Shown piece by piece: positions 52,058 through 61,236 of a DNA stretch of 64,000 nucleotides. Origin of the DNA: an uncultured Planctomycetaceae bacterium. Lineage in GTDB: Bacteria; Planctomycetota; Planctomycetia; Planctomycetales; Planctomycetaceae. A program made the translations under genes and the position numbers. Every line of letters starts with the position of its first letter. The stretch's first letter is position 1. The DNA lies in the NCBI GenBank assembly GCA_963815195.1, contig CAWFGE010000013.1:544001-608000 (forward strand). The letters are read 5' to 3'. Below the pieces are notes generated by a model, which saw nothing but the letters and a program-made list of their open reading frames with translations, had not been told where the DNA came from and searched no databases.

Positions 52058-52714
52058 ATGACGGATCGAGACGCCCGCACTTATCAACACGCCCGCACGA
52101 AGTTGGGCAACACGCTTCGTCTGCGCGGGATTACCGACGAGCGGGTGCTGGCAGCGATGGAGGAAGTTCCCCGCGAGCGGTTCGTGCCGCCGGACCTCCG
52201 GGCCGACGCCTACGCCGACATCGCGCTACCCATCGGCGAGGGCCAGACCATCAGCCAGCCGTTCATCGTGGCCCTGATGACCCAATCCCTCGACCTCACC
52301 GGCGAGGAAAAAGTCCTGGAAGTCGGCACGGGCAGCGGATACCAGGCGGCGGTGCTCGCGAAACTCTGCCGGGAAGTCGTCACCATCGAACGGCTCAAAG
52401 AACTGGCCAACCCCACGATGCGACTGTTGAAGGAACTCGGCGTTTCGAACGTGGTTTCTCACATCGGCGACGGCACGCTCGGCTGTCCCGACGAAGCGCC
52501 TTACGACGGCATCGTGGTCACCGCCGCCGCCCCGGACATTCCCGCGCCCTTGTTCGATCAGCTCAAAGAAGGCGGACGGTTGATCATTCCCGTCGGCACG
52601 GTCGATGCCCAGTCGCTGTACCGCGTGACGAAACAGACCGGCCGCCCGGTGAGCGAAATCCTCTGCGAATGCCGGTTCGTCAAACTCATCGGAGCCGCCG
52701 GCTGGCAAGAATGA
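52058..52714 (+). CDS. pcm: Protein-L-isoaspartate O-methyltransferase
   Basis: VPRERFVP, LPIGEGQTISQP, VLEVGTGSGYQAAVL, GDGTLG, APYDGIVVTAA, FVKLIG. Confidence 0.95.
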   Translation: MTDRDARTYQHARTKLGNTLRLRGITDERVLAAMEEVPRERFVPPDLRADAYADIALPIGEGQTISQPFIVALMTQSLDLTGEEKVLEVGTGSGYQAAVLAKLCREVVTIERLKELANPTMRLLKELGVSNVVSHIGDGTLGCPDEAPYDGIVVTAAAPDIPAPLFDQLKEGGRLIIPVGTVDAQSLYRVTKQTGRPVSEILCECRFVKLIGAAGWQE

Positions 52715-52735
52715 GCAGGGGCCAGAGGCCGGTGG

Positions 52736-53072
52736 TTAGAGATCAGGGGGAAGTCCAATTGAATGATTTGCAAGATATTCGTCGGCCCATTTTGGCAAAC
52801 CGAGTGTAGTGAAGGGATACCACATCCCCCTTACGACAATTGGCCCCATATTGCGAACAACGTGTGGCTGATCCAAGTCGAACACCTCTACGTCCGCCTT
52901 CACCAGAAGCGTGGAGAGATCAACGGGCAGGTAGTTGTCATAGCCAAAGGCGCGAATAATCCCCAAAGCCTCGCCAAGCGACCATGCGGTCACTCCAAAT
53001 CCAAGGGGGGCATGCGGGAGCGGGGATTCAACCCAAAACGCGATGAGCCCGGATAACGTTTCTTCGTTCCAT
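52736..53072 (-). CDS. Small hypothetical protein, apparently broken by indels near 53005 and 53070
   Basis: GFGVTAWSL..AL, DLDQPHVVRNMGP...RGMWYP; upstream adjacent frame NEETLSGLIAFWVESPLPHAP. Confidence 0.45.
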
Positions 53073-53120
53073 ATCGGTCGTGGCGTGGGAGGGATTCTTC
53101 CCTGACCCCTGACCCCTGGA

Positions 53121-54140
53121 TCAGTGGCTGCCCGCGTGGTGGACCTGTCGGCCGAAGATCATGCGGCCGGCGCTGCTTTGGAGCATGCTGGTGACGATCA
53201 CGTCGATCTCTTTGCCGATGAGGTGCTGGGCCTGTTCGCAGACGACCATCGTGCCGTCGTCGAGATAGCCCACGCCCTGGCCGGCGGATTCGCCTTCTTT
53301 CATGATGCGGATCTGCACGCGCTCGCCGGGCAGGTAACGGGGCTTGAGCGAATTGGCCACGTCGTTCAAATTGATCACATCCACGCCTTGGACGCTGGCG
53401 ACTTTGTTGAGGTTGAAATCGTTGGTCACCACGCGGCCGCCCAGTTCTTTGGCCAAGAGCACGAGCCGCTGATCGACCGACAAACCGTCGCTGCCGCCCT
53501 CGGGCGTGTCGTGCATCCGCACCTCGGCGTTGGGGCTGTTTTGGAGTTTGCTCAAGACATCGAGACCCCGCCGGCCCCGCGTGCGGCGCATTTTGTCGTT
53601 GCTGTCGGCGATGTCCTGAATCTCATGCAGCACGAACTGCGGCACGACGAGTTGGGCATCGATAATTTTCGTGTCCATCACGTCGGCGATCCGGCCGTCG
53701 ATCAGGGCGCTGCTGTCCAGAACCAGCGGCTTCCCGCCTTTGAGTTCGCGGGAAAACTCGACGTAGGGAATCGCAAACCGAAAATCATCCTTGGTTTGCA
53801 ACAGGAGCGAAATGCAGAAATAGGGGAGAACGAGCGCCGCGAGCATCCCCACCGGTTCGCGGAAGGAGGGATCCAAAATCGGGCCGAGGGCGAGCATCAG
53901 CAAGTAGCTGAGCAGATACCCGATCATCAGGCCGAAATACACCGCCGAGATGATCTCGATGCGCTTCTTTCCGATCAAGAGATCGACGATCGTCGCGGCC
54001 TGCGTGATGAGCATCAACACGAAAAACGCCACAAGCGGGTGCTCTTGCACGATGGTGGGCTGCGGATTGCGGCTGACGTAAGTCGCAATCGCCCCGGCAC
54101 ATACGGACGCAAACACGACTCGAATAACCAACAGGAGCAT
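53121..54140 (-). CDS. PIN/TRAM domain membrane protein (YacL-like)
   Basis: 4 TM helices; [52 protein letters not shown]. Confidence 0.92.
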   Translation of the reverse strand: MLLLVIRVVFASVCAGAIATYVSRNPQPTIVQEHPLVAFFVLMLITQAATIVDLLIGKKRIEIISAVYFGLMIGYLLSYLLMLALGPILDPSFREPVGMLAALVLPYFCISLLLQTKDDFRFAIPYVEFSRELKGGKPLVLDSSALIDGRIADVMDTKIIDAQLVVPQFVLHEIQDIADSNDKMRRTRGRRGLDVLSKLQNSPNAEVRMHDTPEGGSDGLSVDQRLVLLAKELGGRVVTNDFNLNKVASVQGVDVINLNDVANSLKPRYLPGERVQIRIMKEGESAGQGVGYLDDGTMVVCEQAQHLIGKEIDVIVTSMLQSSAGRMIFGRQVHHAGSH

Positions 54141-54250
54141 GGCGGAGTTCTGTTTTCCTTCGGAGGATGTTCAAATCGACGGGCAAGGTTTCATCATAGG
54201 AGACAACTCGACAGAATGCCAGAATCGAACGCGCGGAAATTTCGCCCGGC

Positions 54251-55663
54251 TCACGGTTTTTTCCGCCGATCGTGGACGCTTTTTTCCGGGACGGTCAAAC
54301 ACCCCCACCTGAGGCTTTGGTCCTGCGTGTAGTTTTTCCCTAAGGTGAGAGCGGTCACGGCCTTGGCGAGTTCGTAGCCCAAATAAAATGCGTGCGCGGC
54401 ATTCACGGGCGAATCTTGGGTGAAGGCGTCGAACAATTCGAACGCGTCCGTGCCCTTCCAGTAGCCGTCGCGGTTCATCACATGGATTTGATCCCCTTCG
54501 ACGAAGATGCGGAAGTTGGGATCGGTCAACTTCGCCGCGAGTCGGGCCAGTTCTTCTTCCGCCGGATCGGCCAGGCGGGGATCGCGGAGCATCACCAGCG
54601 AGGAATCGACATGCTTGGGTAGTTGGCGTTGCGTGACGGCGTAATGCACCAGCCGCCGGGCCAAGTCGAATTCCCGCACCGCGGTCCTGGCCCAGTTGAT
54701 GACTTCGGTCGTGAGGATGCTGCGGATATTCAATTCCTCGCAGATCGCGGCGAGCAGCACGTTGACGCCCGCGGTGTCCACTTCGGTGAGTTCCGTGAGA
54801 TTGCCCACGCCCATCAGGATTTCGCAGTCCGGCCATTGCTTTCGCACGGCATAATACCGCGAAAGGGACTCGGCAAACCCGAAACCGATCGGCTCCAGAA
54901 CCGGGTCCAACCGGAACCGGCAACCGCGTTCGCTCAAGTACGCCACGGTCTCTTCGAGGCTGCGGAGGTCGCGGGGATCGTCGGGGATCACGACCAACTC
55001 GGCCCCTAACTCCGCGGCCCAGGTTTTATTGATGCTATTGCAGCTCAGCACCAGCTCGGCCCCGTTCTCGACGGCGGCTTCGACTTCCTCGCGGTCAAAG
55101 CTGTCGATCGAAACGCGAAACCCCGCTTCACAAAGCCGGCGGGTGACGTGGCCCGCATTGTTCCAGCGTTCGCCCGGCACAGAGCCCAGATCGATCACAT
55201 CCGCCCCCGATTCGCGAAAGCGTTCGGCCCACGCGAACAGCTCTTTTTCGCTGAGATGCGGCGCGTGGTTGATCTCCGCGAGGATTTCGATGGTGTATTC
55301 TTCAAGCGAAACGGCGGGGCGCTTTCCGCGGCCGAAGAATTCCGGCAGGTCGTGGAGATCTTTGGGGCCGAGCTCAAACGGCGTTTGAAACCGGTCTTCC
55401 AAGGGTTTCAGATCCCCCTGGCACCAACCGGGCAGAACGACGCGGTCGAATTCTCCGGGCAGCGTGAGTTTGCGGGCGACCCAATCGGCGTGCATCAATG
55501 CGGCCACGCTGATGCCGAGGACGCGGACTTCGTAGTCCATTCCGAGCTCTTTCGCGAGCGGTTCCAGCACCCGCCGGAGTGCGAACTCCGCCAGCCGCCC
55601 GGTGACAAACAGCACGCGGTCGGGCGCCGGTTTGTCATCAGGAATTCGAGAAGAAGCGGCCAT
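54251..55663 (-). CDS. Dihydropteroate synthase-like protein (DUF6513/DUF4346; H4MPT biosynthesis orf20-like)
   Basis: FVTGRLAE, VAALM, GPKDL.DLP..FG, GADVIDLG, VSIDS, LDPVLEPIGFGF..SL.RY, MGVGNLTELT, HAFYLGYELAKA...GKNY.QD. Confidence 0.8.
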   Translation of the reverse strand: MAASSRIPDDKPAPDRVLFVTGRLAEFALRRVLEPLAKELGMDYEVRVLGISVAALMHADWVARKLTLPGEFDRVVLPGWCQGDLKPLEDRFQTPFELGPKDLHDLPEFFGRGKRPAVSLEEYTIEILAEINHAPHLSEKELFAWAERFRESGADVIDLGSVPGERWNNAGHVTRRLCEAGFRVSIDSFDREEVEAAVENGAELVLSCNSINKTWAAELGAELVVIPDDPRDLRSLEETVAYLSERGCRFRLDPVLEPIGFGFAESLSRYYAVRKQWPDCEILMGVGNLTELTEVDTAGVNVLLAAICEELNIRSILTTEVINWARTAVREFDLARRLVHYAVTQRQLPKHVDSSLVMLRDPRLADPAEEELARLAAKLTDPNFRIFVEGDQIHVMNRDGYWKGTDAFELFDAFTQDSPVNAAHAFYLGYELAKAVTALTLGKNYTQDQSLRWGCLTVPEKSVHDRRKKP

Positions 55664-55674
55664 CGCAGACTCGA

Positions 55675-56037
55675 TTACGACTTGCTCCGCGCGGCTTGGA
55701 CTTCGGGCAGAGGGTATTCGGCAATGGGAATGGAGAGTGCCGCGACTTCCTGCAAGCGCCGCCAGCCGCGGGTCATCAGGTTTTCTCGCTCGCGGACGAA
55801 CTCGGCATCGAGCTGTCGTTTGTCGAACGGTCCGTCGATTGCCACCGGATCGAATTCTTCATCCACGATGAACTGGGCCTGCGTGGGGTTGCAGCGAAGA
55901 TGCCGTTCCGGGGCGGTGAGTAGCGCGCGGCCGTCGATCTCGCCGATCACATAGCGGAGATACAAATCGCTGTTGGTGATGTCCTCGACCTCTTCGCCGC
56001 ACACCTCGCATAAATAACCTTGTTCACATCGTGCCAT
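55675..56037 (-). CDS. Hypothetical protein with Cys motifs
   Basis: MARCEQGYLCEVCG, ERHLRCNP; 11 nt upstream of the DHPS-like gene, same strand. Confidence 0.75.
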   Translation of the reverse strand: MARCEQGYLCEVCGEEVEDITNSDLYLRYVIGEIDGRALLTAPERHLRCNPTQAQFIVDEEFDPVAIDGPFDKRQLDAEFVRERENLMTRGWRRLQEVAALSIPIAEYPLPEVQAARSKS

Positions 56038-56134
56038 GTTGACAGCTCACAGAAAAATCACGGTACGTTCACGGTCCGGTGTTATCATGGTTTTCCCTCG
56101 GTGATTTCACAAGGCGATTTCTGCGGGCGGGTCA

Positions 56135-57548
56135 TCAGCGACTCGATGGCGCGGGCGGAATCTGCGTGTGCCACGCGGTTTGGTTTTGAAGCTGTTGCGC
56201 GATGGCCAACAGGCGGTTTTCCTCAAAGGCTCGGCCCAGAAGGTTCAAAGCCGTCGGCAGGTGCTCTTCGCCGAAGCCGTTGGGCAGGCTGACGGCCGGC
56301 AGGCCCGAAATGTTTCCCGCTGCGCTCACTTCGCAATTATGGAATTCGCGGCCGTAACTGGAGAACGTTCGATCCGCGGGCGGGGCGACGGTTTCCTCGG
56401 TGGGCGAAACGAGGGCGTCGTACGGTTTTAGGAGCCGATCCATCTCCCGCTGGATCACGCCCCGGACCCGCATGGCCCGCAAATAGTCCACGGCCGGGAT
56501 GACCTGCGGACCGAACGCGCCCCAGCGGTCTTCCTCGGCGGTCATTTCCCAGACGGCCCGCGATTCCAGCAATTCCTCAAACGCCGAGGCCATCTCGCAG
56601 GAGATCACCAGCCCCGCGACTTCGTTGTACGGAAAATCCGGGAGTTCGACCTCTTCTATTGTTCCACACTCTTTGAGAAGTTCGAGCGAGGCTGCGTAGT
56701 TCTTGGCGACCTCCGGCTGCAAGCCTTTGGCCACATCCTTCACCGCGGCGAACCGAAAGGGACCGCTGACGGGTTTTTTCGGCGGGAATTGATAAGGCCG
56801 CGAGAGGGACGTCGCGTCGCGCGGGTCGCGGCCGGCGATCGCGGACAGCACGAGGCCGCAGTCTTCGGCCGAGCGGGCCATCGGTCCGAGTTTGTCCATC
56901 GTCCAGCTCAACGCCATCGCCCCGTGCCGGCTCACGCGGCCGTACGTGGGCCGGAGCCCCGTGACGCCGCAGTATGCCGAGGGAGCCATGATCGACCCCC
57001 ATGTTTCCGACCCGATGGCAAACGGGACCAGCCCGGCTGCGACCGCCGCCCCGGACCCCGAAGACGATCCCCCGGCCCAGCGGCCGGTGTTCCAAGGGTT
57101 TCGCGGGACCGGTGAAGGAGGCGTTCGGCTGCCGATACCCCAAACCGCCCGCGACTTCCACCATCGCCAGCTTCGCCACCAAGACCGCCCCGGCGTCGTG
57201 CAGTTTGGTAATGACGGCCGCATCCCGCCGGGGAATGCGGTTTTTGTTCGGGGCGGCTCCCCAGGTTGTGGGAATGCCCGCCGTGTCCAGCAAATCCTTG
57301 GCTCCGTAGGGAATGCCATGCAGCGGCCCGCGGTCTTTGCCGGCGGCGAGTTCCTCGTCGGCCCTGCGGGCTTGTTGGCGGGCGAGGTCGGGCGTCAATG
57401 TGACCACGGCATTGAGCTTGGGGCCGATCTGTTCCAGGCGATTCAAAACGAATTCCGCCAACTCGACCGCGGAGAATTTCCCCGCCCGCCACGCTGAGCC
57501 CAATTCGCGAACGGAAACAAACGCCAAGGATTCCGGCAGCTCGGCCAT
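56135..57548 (-). CDS. Amidase-signature family protein, GatA-like (frameshift near 57101)
   Basis: GPLHGIPYGAKDL (Lys) in frame 1; NPWN..RWAGGSSSGSGAAV and GSETWGSI..PSAYCG.TGLRPTYG in frame 2. Confidence 0.88.
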
Positions 57549-57552
57549 ACGC

Positions 57553-57921
57553 TCAATCCTCCCCGCGATAGGCCGCGAACAAGGCGGCCGGTTCGTCGGC
57601 ATTCGTCAGAGGAACGGCCTTGATCGCGGCGGCCCGGCGGAGTTCGTGGCGGATGTCGCGGCGGATGTCCTCCAGAATCGGCCGCGTGAGTTTTCGGTCC
57701 GGATACAGTTGCCGAACGACTTCCAACAGTAGCAAATCCACGGGAATGGATTCGGGTGGAATCGGCTCGGCGATCGCGGGTTCTGGTTTCTCGGCCGCCG
57801 CATCCGCAGCCTCCTCCCCCCGAGAAACCCCGGCGGGTTGGAACAGCGACAGCGAACCGAGGGCCGTGGTGAGCGCGGCTTTCTTTCCGAAGTCTCTGCG
57901 GTTCAGCTCCGAATGCGGCAT
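57553..57921 (-). CDS. Small Tat-signal protein, GatC/AtzG-like amidase partner
   Basis: NRRDFGK twin-arginine motif; C-terminal IKAVPLTNADEPA; stop lies 4 nt before the amidase ATG. Confidence 0.7.
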   Translation of the reverse strand: MPHSELNRRDFGKKAALTTALGSLSLFQPAGVSRGEEAADAAAEKPEPAIAEPIPPESIPVDLLLLEVVRQLYPDRKLTRPILEDIRRDIRHELRRAAAIKAVPLTNADEPAALFAAYRGED

Positions 57922-58125
57922 CAGACGCGGCTTTCATTCAAGGAACTCGGCGGGTCGATTTCATTCGTCCGATTGTACGCGGTTCCGCCGTGGAATTCAC
58001 TCGGGATGGAAATCCCGATTTTTCGGCATGAGGCGGTTGCGCTCTTCCGCAAGGTGGCACGCTTGGTAAACTCCACGAAAGAAAACGTCCCGAATTATTT
58101 TCTCACTAAACCATCGGACGACGCA

Positions 58126-58836
58126 ATGCAGTTTCCGCGGCACACGTCTTCCCGCATCGTCTATCTTCTACTGCTGGCCATCGCGCTAACAGGCTGCGGA
58201 GCGGATGAAAAAACAACCGAGGCCCCAGCGAACAAAAGCCAACCGCCGCCTGCGAAGAATTCCCCGTTCGTCCCGGTGAGTTTTCAGCCGCAGGCGAATG
58301 TCGCGGTCACGGATCTGGAGGGCTTGCCTTCGGGTTCGCAGAACCTCGGCGGCGTGGATTATCGAATCGATCCCAAATTGCTCCACTTGGGCAGCAGCGT
58401 TTTTCCGGATTACCCCAAGGAACGAACCGGCATCTCCGTGGGAAAGACCTGCCGGGCGATTCATTTTTTGCACTCATCGCAGGGCGGAGCCTTTACGCAA
58501 CCGGGGCATCCCAAGCACGAAAACGACGGCGTGGAAATCGGCCGCTATGTGATGCATTACGCGGATGGGAGCGAAGAGACGTTTCCGATCATTTACGGCC
58601 GGGAGCTGCGCGGCTGGTGGGATTGGGACAACAACGCCCCCACCACCAACAGCCAGATCGTCTGGACCGGAAACAACCCCGAAGCCGGCAAGTATCGCCG
58701 AAAAATTCGCCTGTATTGGGCCGTCTGGGAAAACCCGTATCCCGAAAAGCCGATTGAAACGATCGACTTTGTTTCCTCGGGCGCGAAAGCTGCCCCGTTC
58801 TGCCTGGCGATGACGCTGGAAGTGCCTCAAAAATAA
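58126..58836 (+). CDS. Hypothetical lipoprotein with a beta-sandwich-like domain
   Basis: Lipobox LTGC; AIHFLH, YVMHYADGS, GRELRGWW, WENPYPEKPIETIDF. Confidence 0.7.
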   Translation: MQFPRHTSSRIVYLLLLAIALTGCGADEKTTEAPANKSQPPPAKNSPFVPVSFQPQANVAVTDLEGLPSGSQNLGGVDYRIDPKLLHLGSSVFPDYPKERTGISVGKTCRAIHFLHSSQGGAFTQPGHPKHENDGVEIGRYVMHYADGSEETFPIIYGRELRGWWDWDNNAPTTNSQIVWTGNNPEAGKYRRKIRLYWAVWENPYPEKPIETIDFVSSGAKAAPFCLAMTLEVPQK

Positions 58837-59639
58837 TCGCTACCGTGCCGCTTTGGATCGAAGTGATATAGAAAAATCCCCGCGGCGACCGCGACATTGA
58901 GCGAATCGGTCCCGCCGCGCATGGGGATCGTGATTTGACGATCGCTCATTTCAATCCAGTCTTCGCTCAAACCTTCCCCTTCGTTGCCGAAGACCAGCAC
59001 GCTTCGCGAAGCGGGACGGACCTTATCGAGCGGCTCCGCGTCGTCGCGCAAAACGGTCGCGAACAGCGACACATCATGCACCCCCCGCAGCCGGGAGAGT
59101 TCACTTTTGAGGTCGGCCGATTCCAGCACCGGCAGCCGAAACACGTTCCCCATCGAAACCCGCACGGTCCGGCGGGAATAGGGATCGGCGCAACCGGTCT
59201 CCAACAACAGCGCCGTCACGCAGAACGCCGTCGAGAGCCGGATTATTGCCGCCAGATTCACCGGATCCGTGACCCGCGAGCACGCGGCCATCGTGAATCG
59301 CGGCGGCGCCTCCTGGAATAGCCTTTCGAGCGAAGGAGCCAGGGGACGTTCCGCGGAGGCCAACACGCCTTGATGAAACCGGAACCCCACGAGTTGATTC
59401 AGTAAAGAATTCGGGAGCACATACGCGGGCACATCGGCGGAGATCTGCGGGGCCAGCGTGTCCCATTGATCCTCGACCACGAGCAGCGAGTGGATTTTAA
59501 GATCGCTGGTGAATAGGCGCTCCACCACAAGCCGGCCTTCCGCGATGAACCGGTGCGACCAGCGGGTGAGGTTCGTGGTTTTGAGCGAACGATAATCCGC
59601 CAACCGCGGATCGTCTAAAGAGTCCAGCCGAATCATCAT
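58827..59639 (-). CDS. TrmH/SpoU family RNA methyltransferase
   Basis: FIAEG..VV, HQGVLA, DPVNLAAIIR, DPYSRR.VRVSMG, FGNEGEGLS, IPM....DSLNVAVAAGI. Confidence 0.9.
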   Translation of the reverse strand: MMIRLDSLDDPRLADYRSLKTTNLTRWSHRFIAEGRLVVERLFTSDLKIHSLLVVEDQWDTLAPQISADVPAYVLPNSLLNQLVGFRFHQGVLASAERPLAPSLERLFQEAPPRFTMAACSRVTDPVNLAAIIRLSTAFCVTALLLETGCADPYSRRTVRVSMGNVFRLPVLESADLKSELSRLRGVHDVSLFATVLRDDAEPLDKVRPASRSVLVFGNEGEGLSEDWIEMSDRQITIPMRGGTDSLNVAVAAGIFLYHFDPKRHGSDYF

Positions 59640-59738
59640 GGGCTTTGACTGCGAGACTGCGGGCTCCAGTATTTTCGAATCGGCTCGAAAGCCATTTTGA
59701 CCACGGCCAATCGAAATTCAACTCGATGACGCAATCTA

Positions 59739-59789
59739 TTGCAAATTACACACGATGCACATACAATAATAGTAGATACAAAATTTGCA
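59739..59789 (+). promoter_or_regulatory. Sigma70-like promoter bracketed by an inverted repeat
   Basis: TTGCAA-N17-TACAAT (59739-59767) in an AT-rich patch; TGCAAATT...AATTTGCA at 59740-59789. Confidence 0.55.
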
Positions 59790-59803
59790 TGTTCTATTCT
59801 GGA

Positions 59804-60361
59804 ATGTCGTTTTTGCCCGTTTCTGGATCCACAAAACTGGTGCATTATGGTGACGATTTGCGCGATGATTTTGTAAACGATCGGCAAGGCCGAACTTTTA
59901 CGGATGTCTGGGATGATTCGCAACAACCCTTTGCTGAGTTGGTCGTCTTCTTTGGTGATGAGAACCGGCAGCGACGAATGGAAGAAGCGGAAACGCATCA
60001 TGATCGCCCGGCTTTGGCTGGCGTCGTGCGGGAGTTGGAGTCGCAACCGGCGATTGATGCGTTTCTCGCCACCGCTCAACCGCGTTACGCGAAACGCTTT
60101 CGCCAGGCCGTGGGTGTTCTCGTGCGGATGGTTATGGAAGCCCGCGGCTGGCGGAAAACCGGCCGCAAAGGATCCTTGGGAGTTCGCACCAAAGCCGACC
60201 CCAAAACCAATTCCGCCGGTGCCGCGCATAACACGGGGGGCTTGGCCTTCTGGTTTCTCCGGGCCGAACGCTATGAATCCGAGGACGGCTCGCCTTTTGC
60301 GACGGTGAAAGAACGGTGCGCCGCCTGGGGCTCGTCGCGGGAACCGACCGCGACCTCCTGA
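59804..60361 (+). CDS. Hypothetical protein
   Basis: Open frame downstream of the promoter; HHDRPALAGVVRELE, FRQAVG.LVR.VME.RGW.KTG.KG, F.RAERY; start uncertain. Confidence 0.65.
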   Translation: MSFLPVSGSTKLVHYGDDLRDDFVNDRQGRTFTDVWDDSQQPFAELVVFFGDENRQRRMEEAETHHDRPALAGVVRELESQPAIDAFLATAQPRYAKRFRQAVGVLVRMVMEARGWRKTGRKGSLGVRTKADPKTNSAGAAHNTGGLAFWFLRAERYESEDGSPFATVKERCAAWGSSREPTATS

Positions 60362-60410
60362 CAGATCCACCAATTCATTTTTCGGCAAAGCCCCTTCCCA
60401 AGGAGACAAT

Positions 60411-60684
60411 CATGACCGCGAAAACTCAGATCCACGTGTGGGTCCGCTCTTTGGGAAACAGTTGCCGGATTCGTGTGGAAAGCGTGGAAACCGCCCATTG
60501 GCTGCTGAAACGTCTCACGGAGGAAAACGCCTTGCCAGGGCTTGAGCGAGTGGTCATCCAAGCGACCGAAACCGGCTGCCGATTCCAGATTCCCAATGCG
60601 ACTGAGCGAACGTTGGCGACGCTCGAATTGGCCCTCCGACAGATTCCCGAAGTGGAATTGATGCTCTCGCCGGAGGCGGTTTAG
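60411..60684 (+). CDS. Small hypothetical protein
   Basis: AAGGAG RBS before ATG at 60411 (MTAKTQIHVWV...). Confidence 0.65.
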
Positions 60685-60757
60685 CGGTTAAGCGAAAGGG
60701 ATTTGTTCCCGACGGCCACCGCGGTTCAAAGATGATCGTCGAACGAGAGAGGACAGG

Positions 60758-61060
60758 ATGAACGCGAAGCGACCCGAGCCGCTGTATCCAGCCGTCATTC
60801 GCCCGATCTGCCCGGTTTGCGGTGACCCCAGTTATTCGCGTGCGGGCATTCATCCGCAATGCGCCCAACAAAAGGCGGATGCCAAACGCATGCAAGAAAT
60901 CAAAGCCAAACGAAAGGCCGCGCCCACGCAGAAGAAAATCGTCTCGCCGGAGGCGGTCAAATCGTGGCATAAGCGCTGCCCGAAATGCCGGACCGAGGTC
61001 CATATACGACGCTCATCCTGCGATTGCGGTTTTCAGTTTGGCAAACGGCGACCGGACTAG
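60758..61060 (+). CDS. Small basic double zinc-ribbon protein
   Basis: CPVC..SYS.AGIHPQC and CPKC...H.....CDC; GAGGA RBS. Confidence 0.7.
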   Translation: MNAKRPEPLYPAVIRPICPVCGDPSYSRAGIHPQCAQQKADAKRMQEIKAKRKAAPTQKKIVSPEAVKSWHKRCPKCRTEVHIRRSSCDCGFQFGKRRPD

Positions 61061-61084
61061 GCTGTGTCCGGTGAATACCCACTC

Positions 61085-61145
61085 GCTTGACGCGCCAGCG
61101 AAAGACGGCACGTTTTGAAAAAATCCCTCGCTGGCGTTTCGGGCT
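61085..61145. repeat. REP-like palindrome, family R1
   Basis: GACGCGCCAGCGA...TCCCTCGCTGGCGTTTCGGGCT. Confidence 0.6.
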
Positions 61146-61236
61146 CTTTAAGATCATCCTAGAATCCGATTCACCGGACACCGCCTAATCCCGGTGGCCC
61201 TCCGTGCCAACACGCCCTCTTTTTAGGCGATCCGCC

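Noticed and set aside
53121..54140. PIN-domain gene as a VapC toxin
   Set aside because: The membrane-anchored PIN+TRAM architecture is the conserved YacL-like family, and no antitoxin gene is adjacent
5085..57105. Programmed frameshifting or pseudogenes in clpP, tig, fliD, scpB, OMF2 and the amidase
   Set aside because: No shared slippery heptamer or stimulatory structure; single indels scattered over unrelated conserved genes fit sequencing error better
56135..57548. Calling the amidase gatA
   Set aside because: GSETWGSI differs from the GatA GSDTGGSIRQP motif, there is no gatB, and the partner carries a Tat signal
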